From Candidatus Omnitrophota bacterium (GTDB taxonomy: Bacteria > Omnitrophota > Gorgyraeia > Zapsychrales > Zapsychraceae): a stretch of 64,000 bases of DNA. Made by a program: the position numbers and the translations under genes. The DNA lies in the NCBI GenBank assembly GCA_028280285.1, contig JANQMA010000014.1, forward strand, positions 907 to 64,906, written 5' to 3'. A model generated the notes under the pieces. It was not told the DNA's origin. It searched no databases and saw only the letters and a list, made by a program, of their open reading frames with translations. The first letter of the stretch is position 1. The number at the start of each line of letters is the position of its first letter. Shown here one piece after another: positions 19,825 to 29,900 of the stretch.

Positions 19825-20402
19825 TGAAAAAAACATTTATTATTATCATTGTGATTATCGGTTTTATTGCGGCCATTGGGTTTGCCGGTGTGACGCTTTA
19901 TAAAATACTTGATAAACCACCACTTCCAGTTTTAGGGCAAGTCAATAACTTCACCCTTGTTGATGCCGATGGAAAGCCGTTTAGTCTTAAACGCCTGGAG
20001 GATAAAATCTGGATTGCGGATTTTTTCTTTACTACCTGTAGTGATATCTGTCCGATTATGACAAAAAACATGAAGTCTCTCTATGAATCATTTAAACTCG
20101 AGCCGAAGATGCGCTTGGTATCCATTACAGTCAACCCTGAACAAGATACGCCAGCAACACTCAAACGCTACGCCAAAGAAGCAGGCGCTGATGCTAAAAA
20201 TTGGTACTTTTTGACAGGGGAAAGAGCCGTCATTCGGGATCTTTTAATTAACAGCTTTAAACTCGGAGATGTGAAAGAGCCAATCTTCCACAGTTCCTAT
20301 TTTGCTCTTGTCGATAGAGCAGGACTTATTCGCGGCTATTATGACGGAACAGATGATGAGGCCGTTGCCAAACTGTTTAAAGATGCCGCTTCACTGCTTT
20401 AA
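19824..20402 (+). CDS. SCO family copper chaperone
   Basis: FTTCSDICP, PEQDTP, IFHS. Confidence 0.9.
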   Translation: MKKTFIIIIVIIGFIAAIGFAGVTLYKILDKPPLPVLGQVNNFTLVDADGKPFSLKRLEDKIWIADFFFTTCSDICPIMTKNMKSLYESFKLEPKMRLVSITVNPEQDTPATLKRYAKEAGADAKNWYFLTGERAVIRDLLINSFKLGDVKEPIFHSSYFALVDRAGLIRGYYDGTDDEAVAKLFKDAASLL

Positions 20403-20404
20403 TC

Positions 20405-20824
20405 ATGGATATTTCTGTATTTCCCACAATTAATGCCAGCCTTAACGGGCTTGCCGGTGTTTTTCTTTATTTGGGCTACAGAGCCGTTAAAAAGGGAAAT
20501 ACCGCGCTTCACCGCCAGCATATGGTAACGGCTTTAATTTGCTCGGCACTATTTCTTGCGTGCTATTTGACTTATCACTATTTAAAAAAAGGGCTTGTGA
20601 CACGCTACGAAGAGGAAGGTGTGCTTAGAATCATTTATCTTGCCATTCTTATTTCGCATACAATCCTGGCAGCCATTGTCCCGCCGGCGGCCATTACAGC
20701 CGTTGTGCATGCTGTGCGTGGCAATTTTGTTAAGCACATCCGCATCACGCGTTGGCTTTATCCGGTATGGATTTATGTCTCGATTACGGGCGTGATTGTC
20801 TATCTTATGCTTTACGTTTTTTAA
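20405..20824 (+). CDS. DUF420 membrane protein (CtaM-like oxidase assembly factor)
   Basis: PTINASLN, HTILA, WIYVSITG. Confidence 0.85.
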   Translation: MDISVFPTINASLNGLAGVFLYLGYRAVKKGNTALHRQHMVTALICSALFLACYLTYHYLKKGLVTRYEEEGVLRIIYLAILISHTILAAIVPPAAITAVVHAVRGNFVKHIRITRWLYPVWIYVSITGVIVYLMLYVF

Positions 20825-21119
20825 TGCGAAAAAGTTTTAGGAAAAACCGTCCCATCTGCTTTTCTTTTTCCCAAAAAAATTGAAATTGGCCCAACAGCAC
20901 TGCGAAGATTAAGAGATTAATCTGGTAGGTAGGAAATACGATTAAAAGCCAGAGGAAGAATTTGATCAGAAAAGGCGTTTGTTCCGTTACACCGATAATA
21001 TGAAAAAAAGGTTTACGGACAAAGAGGATCGAACTGCCGGCCAGCGAAAACACCAGCAAAATCAAAATCACATCCAGATTCGATTTAATATTCCATTTGG
21101 CTTTTAATTTTTCAAACAT
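20805..21119 (-). CDS. Small membrane protein (DUF6787-like)
   Basis: KLKAKWNIKS...VFSLAGSS...GQFQFFWEKEK; start taken at MFEK. Confidence 0.65.
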   Translation of the reverse strand: MFEKLKAKWNIKSNLDVILILLVFSLAGSSILFVRKPFFHIIGVTEQTPFLIKFFLWLLIVFPTYQINLLIFAVLLGQFQFFWEKEKQMGRFFLKLFRIKKRKA

Positions 21120-21121
21120 AA

Positions 21122-21250
21122 TTAAAAAGTCGTTGTCATAAAAATTACACCGCATACAAGCACAACAACAGCCGTCGCTGCCAAAACATAAATCATTTTA
21201 AGAAAGCCGTCCGCTCCGGTATCAAATTTTAAAATGGTTTTCCATTTCAT
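21122..21250 (-). CDS. Putative 42-aa single-TM microprotein (not in ORF track)
   Basis: MKWKTILKFDTGADGFLKMIYVLAATAVVVLVCGVIFMTTTF*. Ends 2 nt before the next ATG and has an ATGA overlap upstream. Confidence 0.45.
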   Translation of the reverse strand: MKWKTILKFDTGADGFLKMIYVLAATAVVVLVCGVIFMTTTF

Positions 21251-21345
21251 GATTTAAGCAAAAACCTGTCGATAACCCACCCTGTAAAAAATAAAGACAT
21301 GCCAATAAGAAGTATACGCGGATTCATTAAATTGGGAAACTTCAT
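21247..21345 (-). CDS. Putative 32-aa hydrophobic microprotein (not in ORF track)
   Basis: MKFPNLMNPRILLIGMSLFFTGWVIDRFLLKS*. Its TGA overlaps the next ATG. Confidence 0.35.
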   Translation of the reverse strand: MKFPNLMNPRILLIGMSLFFTGWVIDRFLLKS

Positions 21346-21410
21346 AAAAAAGTCAATGGATATTAAAATCAGTCCGGATGCTTGGATAACTTTGGCAACA
21401 TAATACATAA

Positions 21411-21890
21411 TTAACTTTGTTTAATGCCTGACATAGCCAAAATATTTTCCGTGTTTTCACGGAAACATTTATTTTGGATAACTTTAATACGACAATAATC
21501 AATAATGCAAAAAATAAAAAGACTATAATAAATCCATGGATGAATGCGATGTGTATCCACAGCACCCACCAAACAAAATAAGATAATCATAAAGAGCATA
21601 TTAAGAAGAAGAGGAGGATACACAATGCGTTTGATCCCGATTGACTTTTTATGATATTTAGGATCAAGATTATTATCTTTCGTATAATCGCGGACACTAA
21701 CACCTGTCCCGACGAAGAAAAAGATAACCAAAGTTTCTGTAAAGGCATAAAGGATGCTAACAAGCACCATAAAGGTGAGATGATTCGCCGCAAAGAGGTG
21801 AAATTTTAAGAAACTTTGAAAAAAAGCAATACATAAACCTGCGAGTGTAAACAGACTCATTACATAGCAGGTGATCATAAAAAACCACAT
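21411..21890 (-). CDS. Hypothetical 4-TM membrane protein
   Basis: Hydrophobic helices with FFVGTG motif; directly follows the ferredoxin gene. Confidence 0.7.
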   Translation of the reverse strand: MWFFMITCYVMSLFTLAGLCIAFFQSFLKFHLFAANHLTFMVLVSILYAFTETLVIFFFVGTGVSVRDYTKDNNLDPKYHKKSIGIKRIVYPPLLLNMLFMIILFCLVGAVDTHRIHPWIYYSLFIFCIIDYCRIKVIQNKCFRENTENILAMSGIKQS

Positions 21891-21896
21891 GGGTAC

Positions 21897-22178
21897 TTAT
21901 TCTTCTTTAGCGAGAGGTTCCTTCTTTTCTGTGATAACAGGAAGGTCGCCGGTTTTATCGGCATTAAGCTGAATATAGCTTTGCCATTGTTCAGGAACGT
22001 CTTCTTCGGTATAAATCGCTTGGACAGGACATTCGGGAATACATGCACCGCAATCGATACATACATCCGGATCAATAACGAGCATCTCGGCATCTTCATG
22101 GAAACAGTCAACAGGGCAGACCGTTACACAATCCGTATATTTACATTTAACGCATGGTTCAGTAACCACATGAGCCAT
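21897..22178 (-). CDS. fdxA: 7Fe ([3Fe-4S]/[4Fe-4S]) ferredoxin
   Basis: [18 protein letters not shown]...[12 protein letters not shown]; GGAGG SD. Confidence 0.9.
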   Translation of the reverse strand: MAHVVTEPCVKCKYTDCVTVCPVDCFHEDAEMLVIDPDVCIDCGACIPECPVQAIYTEEDVPEQWQSYIQLNADKTGDLPVITEKKEPLAKEE

Positions 22179-22220
22179 AATTTACCTCCACATTCTTTTT
22201 ATCAGGTTAAACACATAAAG

Positions 22221-22248
22221 AATATAACAGCTTTTTATCCGCTGTCAA
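22221..22248 (-). promoter_or_regulatory. Sigma70-like promoter of fdxA
   Basis: Minus strand TTGACA, 16-nt spacer, TATATT. Confidence 0.5.
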
Positions 22249-22254
22249 TCACGA

Positions 22255-23763
22255 TTACAAAGAAACCGGTTCGTGCGCTTGGATTTCTTGCACAACGTTT
22301 TTCTCTACGTCATCTTTTTTCGTTTTAAACAAATTAATAAATTTTTTAAAGAAGTAATCAATGAACGCTTTAAAGCCGTATAATTTACGCAGCAAATCAC
22401 CGACCGTACGGATAGAAATCAACATCTGCCACATTTGCTTTGGGCGCAAATAGAACTCTTTTAACCCCTTGTCTATATATTCATCGATATCACGGCTTGA
22501 AAACTGTGGATAACTCAAAAGTGTCCGTTGTTCTTTCTGCGCATTGAGCCATTCGCGCCAATCATTGGCTCTTAAATAACCATTCTTTTTGGCCCATTTA
22601 TAAATAGATGTCCCGGGATAAGAAGCAACACCGGTTACTTGAATGGTATCAAGGGGAAGAGACTTGGCAAAATCGATTGTTTCCTGGGCTGTTTTTTTAG
22701 TCTCACCAGGAGCTCCAATCATAAAGCAGCCGTGGATGGTAAATCCAAGGTCATGCGCCCGATGGGCATAATCCCGGGCACCCTTAACGCTTACGCCACC
22801 TTTATTAACCGCTTTAAGCCCGTCATCATAACCAAACTCAAATCCTGTCATAAGCATACGGCAGCCGGCCTCACGCATAAGCGGAAGGACCTCTAAATCC
22901 GTATTGGTGCGCATATTGCACGACCAGGTAATTTTTTTATGAATACCGCGTTTCATAATTTCACGGCAAACATTTTCAACATGTTCATTGTCCGCGGCGA
23001 ATGTATCGGTCTCAAACATGATCTCACGAATCTGCGGATGAAGCTTTAGGTCATATTCCATTTCTTCGGCGACCTGAACGGCTGTGCGATTACGTAACTT
23101 ATAGCCATACATAAGCTGCGGATCACGGCAAAAGGTACAACCATTATTGCAGCCACGTCCGGTCATAAGCGTTAAAAATGGAAATTTCTTGCCACCGTCG
23201 GGATACCATTCGGGTTCAATCAATTGCCAGGCAGGGAAAGGGAGTTCAGTCACATCAAGCACCGGACGATCAGGATTGGTGATAACGTTTTGACCATCCC
23301 ACCACGTCATACCCAAAACTTTTGACGGTTCAGTGCCATTCGCTAAATCCCGCAATGTATAATCATATTCACCACGCAGGATATAATCAACAACGCCACC
23401 GCTGATTTCAAAAGTGTTTTCAGGGACTGCCGAGGCATGCTGCCCGACAAAAGCAACCTTACAATTCGTTTTATCTTTGATTACACGCGCTTGTTCAATG
23501 TCATTGTAAACAGACGGCGTTGTCGCGTGGATCATCAAGAGATCCGGATTAAAATCAAAAATGATTTTATAAGATTCTTCCGGCGTCAGATTACGGGCTG
23601 CCGCCTCAATAAACTTAACATCATGGCCGGCATCAATAGAGACCTGGATGGCGGTAAGCATATACTCAGGATGCCGCTGCACACGACCGCGGGACTTGGC
23701 CGCCCAGCGGGCCACACGGACAAAATCTTCACCAAAAGAGGGATTTAAGACTGCAATTTTCAT
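22255..23763 (-). CDS. B12-binding-domain radical SAM protein (HpnJ-like)
   Basis: GRGCNNGCTFC CxxxCxxC; N-terminal cobalamin-binding-like domain (TTPS, RGEYD). Confidence 0.85.
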   Translation of the reverse strand: MKIAVLNPSFGEDFVRVARWAAKSRGRVQRHPEYMLTAIQVSIDAGHDVKFIEAAARNLTPEESYKIIFDFNPDLLMIHATTPSVYNDIEQARVIKDKTNCKVAFVGQHASAVPENTFEISGGVVDYILRGEYDYTLRDLANGTEPSKVLGMTWWDGQNVITNPDRPVLDVTELPFPAWQLIEPEWYPDGGKKFPFLTLMTGRGCNNGCTFCRDPQLMYGYKLRNRTAVQVAEEMEYDLKLHPQIREIMFETDTFAADNEHVENVCREIMKRGIHKKITWSCNMRTNTDLEVLPLMREAGCRMLMTGFEFGYDDGLKAVNKGGVSVKGARDYAHRAHDLGFTIHGCFMIGAPGETKKTAQETIDFAKSLPLDTIQVTGVASYPGTSIYKWAKKNGYLRANDWREWLNAQKEQRTLLSYPQFSSRDIDEYIDKGLKEFYLRPKQMWQMLISIRTVGDLLRKLYGFKAFIDYFFKKFINLFKTKKDDVEKNVVQEIQAHEPVSL

Positions 23764-23782
23764 GTCGAAAGGTAATTTTAGC

Positions 23783-23824
23783 GTTGCTGGAGGCTAGCAA
23801 CGAGCGACTAGCATCGAGCAACTA
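23783..23824. repeat. Heptamer-repeat element with short partner arm
   Basis: gttgctggagg ctagcaa cgagcga ctagcat cgagcaa cta. Confidence 0.6.
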
Positions 23825-23995
23825 ATTAGTTGATATACACATAATAGTACTCCCCGAAGACATTTCAAGAATTAATTGATAAAAGATTGATGCTTTCGAG
23901 ACTTTGAATATCAGAACTATTTTTTGCATTAATAATAATATATGTAATACTTGCACTACTATTTTTTAAAGTTATATAAGGAATTAATATCTGTG

Positions 23996-26900
23996 ATGCG
24001 TACCCACTGGACATATAGGTTCATTGCATTGGTTGTAAGCTGTTTATTTACAGTTACTTCGATCAATCCCGTCTATGCTCAAGTCCAGCCTGTTTCGGAT
24101 ATTGTTCCTAAACTACTTCCTATCAATGGTTTAAATCAGCCCTTTGAACCTATGCTTATCAAAGGCCTTAAAGTTAATCAAACCAACCCCTTCGAGATGG
24201 AATTTATTGTCAGTAATAAGAAGAGTGGTCAGTTTAAGAAGGAGTCTGCTCGGCTTATAAAATACTTCCTTGCGGCCTTAACCATTCCTGGAAAAGACAT
24301 GTGGGTGAATTTGTCCCCTTACGAAAAAAACCGGATTATTCCCGAATCCTTTGGTCAGACTGAGATGGGAAGGGAGCTGTTAGTTCAGGATTATCTCTTA
24401 AAACAGGTCACAGCATCATTATTGCATCCGGATGGTGAATATGGACAAAAATTTTGGGCCAAGATAGCGACCCAAGCATCCCAGGATATACCGTTAGAAT
24501 TATTCAGCAAAGTCTGGATCATACCGGATAAAGCAGTGGTGTATGAAAATGGAGGGACAGCCTATGTGGTGGAGGCGAGTTTAAAGGTGATGTTGGAGCG
24601 TGACTATTTAGCGGTTCAAACAGATGCTAGATCCTCGATGCTTGATGCTAGTCAACAAGAACTAGTATCTAGTATCCAGCATCCAGCATCTAATAACCTA
24701 ATCCGTGAAATTATAATCCCCGCCATCACCCAGGAGGTAAATGAATCCAAAAACTTCGCCAAACTCCGTCAAATCTATCACAGTCTCATCCTTGCGACCT
24801 GGTACAAAAAAAAGATGCAAAACGGGATTCTGAACCAAATCTATGTCGATCAAAACAAAACCGATGGGTTCATCCATAATGACCCTGAAGCAGCCAACAA
24901 AATTTGGCGAGAATATACCGAAACATTTAAAGAAGGAGCGTACAATTCCATCAAAGAAGAATACGATCCGCAGACCCAGCAAATCATCCCAAAGAAATAT
25001 TTTTCTGGCGGAGCTGATATGGCTAGCCTTGAAACAGAATCAATAGATAATTTTGTCTTAAAAGATGATGAAAGAGATATGGCTGTTCTTAAGATTAAAT
25101 TAAACTTAGAAAAATCTGACTTCGCGAGCTTAGCTAAAAGATTTTGGGAAAGACTAAGTATAGGTGGATTTGATATAGAAACTATCAAAAAATTATCGAC
25201 AGCTGTGCTAGACCAAAAAATTGAAAACCCAAAACAGTACGTTAATTCACTTATTGATTTTAAAAACTCTGTTAAACAAGCAACTTTATTAGAAAATCTT
25301 ATTAAAAGCATCATCAGTGCCAAAGATCCCAAAGGTCTCATTGATAACTATAAAATTATCATCGATAAAGTACACTATGGCTTGGGGCGTGATTCACAAG
25401 AGGACCTGGATAAACACCTAAAAAAGATTAGCGAGCAAGAGTCCCCTGAAACAGTGGCCCAAGAGGTAGTAGATATCCACTCAAAACTAAAGGAATTAGG
25501 CCGTAAAGACTACTACTACGTTGCTAATGATATATTTAAATATATTTTAGTTTCGGATGATTACGCCAGAAACACTGCTCTTCTTAATAAATCCACACTA
25601 CTCACTCAAATCTTTAAACTCATCAATGAACTCAATACCGAATCAAAAGATTACTATGACCTTGATTCTGATATCAAAGATAGAATTGTCTTAAAGATAC
25701 TTAGTGATACTGACATTGAAGCGATAGCTGATAGCTTTATTGAGTTTTATGTTAACTTAAAATACTTCGATTTACTGGGAAGCCAAAAAAGTAACCTTCT
25801 AACAACCATCATAGAACATACAAAATATAAGCAATTAGTGGTTTGGATGAACGCTAATTCGGATACTATTAAAAAGAATGCAAAAGCTATTCCTAAACAT
25901 GAAAAAAGAATGCAATATCTACAACAGGTTATTGAATCCTATGATGGCAGCAATACCGTCATTGATACAGGTGAGTACGGACAACTTAAAGCCCTACTCA
26001 ACAGTACATCTATAGAAAAAGAGGATATTGAAGAATTACTAGAGACAGCATCTAACACAGATACTATATCTCTACTGTTAAGTTTTACAAAATATCTGAT
26101 TGATAAAAGTAAGTTTGAAGATGCTTTAGATAAAGGATTTAAAGATGATTTATATAGAAAGTTACTGAAAAGCATCATCAACGCCAAAGATCCCAAAGGT
26201 CTCATTGATAACTATAAAATTATCATCGATGAAGTACACTATGACTTAAAGCGTAAATCACAAGAGGACCTGGATAAACACCTAAAAAAGATTAGCGAGC
26301 AAGAGTCCCCTGAAACAGTGGCCCAAGAGGTAGTGGATATCCACTCAAAACTGAAGGAATTAGGCAATAAAGACTACTACTACGTTGCTAATGATATATT
26401 TAAATATATTTTAGAATCTGATAATTATTCTAAATCTATTCACAGCTTAACCAACAAAATAATATTACAATCATTGTTTGATCTTATAACTAATCATCAT
26501 GATAAAAAAATTAGTAATTTAGTTAAACTTCATCTGCCCAATACTACCGAAAATCTAGATTACACAAAAATACTAGTTCTAGAGCACTTAAAATGGAATA
26601 TCATTCATAAAGAATTACTCGAAATTTTAAATAATAGTGAAATACTTTCAGTCTTTATAAAGACTACAAATGAAATTATCAAAACATCAAAAATCAATCC
26701 AAAAAAGGAGATCAATATATTCTTGTCTGGACTGGATGAGTACTTAAAAGTGCAAGATATTTATAAACCCCTTTTAGAGTGGAATGAAGAGGATTGGAAT
26801 TATTTAGTTAACCGTCAAGAACTAGAAAATACATTAAAAAGTAAAAATTCATCATTTGATGAAAAAATGGATTTATTAAATTTCTACCATAGATTTCGTC

Positions 26901-29900
26901 CGGTAACCTCATACAGTTTTAAAACCATACGGTCATTATTTGAACAAGAAGCTCAAACAGATGAGCAAAAAATCGAAGTTGTTGAGTATGTGGTTGATTT
27001 AATTAGAGACAAAAACGATATGGAAAATAGTTTCCCTTATTTAAGAGGGTTGGTCCAAAAAATAGCCCGCAAGCGTCCCAAACAAGGGGAATCGACTATT
27101 GAATTAACTCCTGTTGAACGGTCAATCTTAGAAGCTTTTGACACTATCGAACAGCGTGATCATTTGATTGACGTGATGCTTAATCCACACATGTCTTTGG
27201 ATACTAAAGAGTCGCTTTTGTCGATAACAGCCGGAACTGTTCTTGATCCAGGTTTAACGACAATTTATCAACAATTGAAAACTAAAAGAGAAAAAAAGAC
27301 ATTTTTTGAATTATTCTTGCGTATTAAAATAGAATTTAATATCAAACCACCGGCACTTATACTCCAATACCTTTTAAATGGTCAATTGACTTTTGAAAAT
27401 TTAAAACAAGCAGTACCAAAAGTTCAAGGAAAGTCTCTTAAAAATCTGATAGAAAGCCCAGAGTTTTTAGAAAAAGACAATAATTTTTTTCTGCTCAGTT
27501 ACTTTATATTTAATCCCTCAAAATGGGAATACGCACATCAACAACGGTTTGATCAATTTAAAAGTATTATGGATATTGTCAAATCGCATATTCAAAATTC
27601 AAACTTTACCAAAGCTGCAGAAAAAGAATTATATGCATCGATCAGAAAACATTCATCGGAGGCAGAGGAAATAATTGCTGCGCTCAAAACCGGTGAAAGT
27701 ATTATTCCCAAAATTTCCGGGATGAAAGATGCGGATGGTCAATTTATTCCCCAGCCGGTGAATATAAGCTATGCAGAATCCGAGGCTTTAAAACAGCAAA
27801 GAACGGATTTTATGATGGAGTTTAATCTCCGCTTAATGAATATCTTAAAGGCCATGCATTATATAAAAAACATAACAGCTATTACTAACAGATACCAGGA
27901 TGAGTCTGTTGAATTGCGGTCTCAATTTAATGACCTTATTAAGTCAATCCAAGGGTTAGGGGGTTTTGATAATCAGCTTTTAATACAACTGCATGACATG
28001 TATTTAAACGCCTTAAAAATCCTTCCCAAATTTAAATTTGCAAATGCAACCGACCTTGAGCAAGAAATACAAAATCAAACACAAAAATTTCTCTTAGCAT
28101 TTAAGAAAAAAGCTTTAATGCCAGTATACGGTTTTAGACCATTACTTGAGCAATATAAAATTAAAAATAATGATAAGCTCATCCATTCCTTAAGTGAATA
28201 TGATATTGATCTGTTTTATAGGGCCTTTCAGAATAAATCACGATGGGGCAAGGCATATCAGGAGACGGATCATTTTGAAGGATTCATTAAACAAACATTT
28301 TCGCTTATTCCCGAACTTTTTTCTAAGAAGCATTTTGGCGACCTTTACACGGAACCGTTTCAAAAAGCCTGGGGAGAGATGGTTGGACATTTTTCGACTA
28401 CTGCAAAACAATATGAAAAAATAATACAAGATCAAGATGATGTTAATGGAAAGTCAAAATTAGTTTATGCATCTTTGTTATCTAAAAGTGACATTCTTCC
28501 GTATATTAGGTTTGGTGATGCCCCAGAGTGTTGTTTGAGTTCACATAAGGAGAGTGATCAGTTATCACAAGGTTATATAGAATATATGGCATCAGCTCTA
28601 CTTGATCAGGGGACGCATGTTATTCTCTTTCATACAGAAAATAAACCGGTTGGCTTTATTTTATGGCACTTCGCTAAAGACAAAAAAGACAAACTTGTGG
28701 CCGCCAGTGCGCGACTTTATTTACAGACCCAATACCGTTCCACAATATCTACACAGAATATAATGAAAAAAGCTGAAGAGATTATGGCTCACCTGGGAAT
28801 ACAAGAAATTCATGTATCCGATACTTCCTATCCAGGGGCCCAAGGTATTCCTGAGGGATATGAAGGAGCCCATAGTATTGAACTCAAACGCATTCAAACA
28901 ACCACAAGTGTTGAGACAACCACAACGGATTTGGACCGTTATTTATCTAATCATTTTCGTTCAATGAGCATGCATAGCAAACGTTTAGATAATGTGCTGA
29001 TAAACAAGAACGATGCTCTCCTTGAAACAGCGCCAGAACCACACGAAGATCCTCTGGAGTTGGAACTGGTAGAAAATAATCCGCTTAATGTCCAGGAAAT
29101 AATCGCTCAAGGTGATATTATTGAATCGAAAAGCGCTCAAGAATACCAAAATACGTTAAATTTGAAATTTACACAATTAGGTATTATAGAAGCATCGAAA
29201 TTTCGTGTATTTATTAGAGACGCTGATATTCAATTACACGTGCTGAGACCAAGGAGTTTCGATAAACCAACCTTTGGATTAAATGTGCCATTTACCTCTA
29301 AGAACAAAGATCTTTATGCCATAAGCCAGGAGGAAGATGGCAAAATCAATATTTATATCAGCGAATTTGCTTACCTATATGGCAGTCAGGCTCTTACACA
29401 AGAACTAATTGCCCAAGAGTTGTATAAAATTTTTGCTAAAAGTCAGTCTCTGGAAGCAACAAATGACATTGACTTAGAAAGAATGATTAATGCCGAGTAT
29501 GAGAATTATTTTAAAAGTTGGTTAGAGTCTTTGAGCGCAGTAGAGCTCTCAGATTTAGGATTAAAGGGACAAATAAAGCGTATGACGATGCGTTCTTTTG
29601 TTTTCGGCCGTTTAATGGGAGAGTTACATGTAGATCAACAAAGCAAACTTACACATTTTATGCGAGAACGCAGGGAGGTTTCTATAAAACTTAATCAGAG
29701 AAATACAGAGTCACAGGAAATAACAATGCCTATCCCTGAAGATGCCTGGGAACTGATGGCCGATATTATGATCAATAAAAAAAATCCAGGAGAATTTATT
29801 AATACTAAAATGCAAAAGGACCATTTATTGTATTGGCTGTTCGCTTCTTATGCACCAGTTGTTTTTAATTCTATAGCCAAACAAATAAAAAATTTAATCG

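Noticed and set aside
23951-23995. ORF-track TTG start for the giant gene
   Set aside because: The SD and signal-peptide position favour 23993 or 23996.
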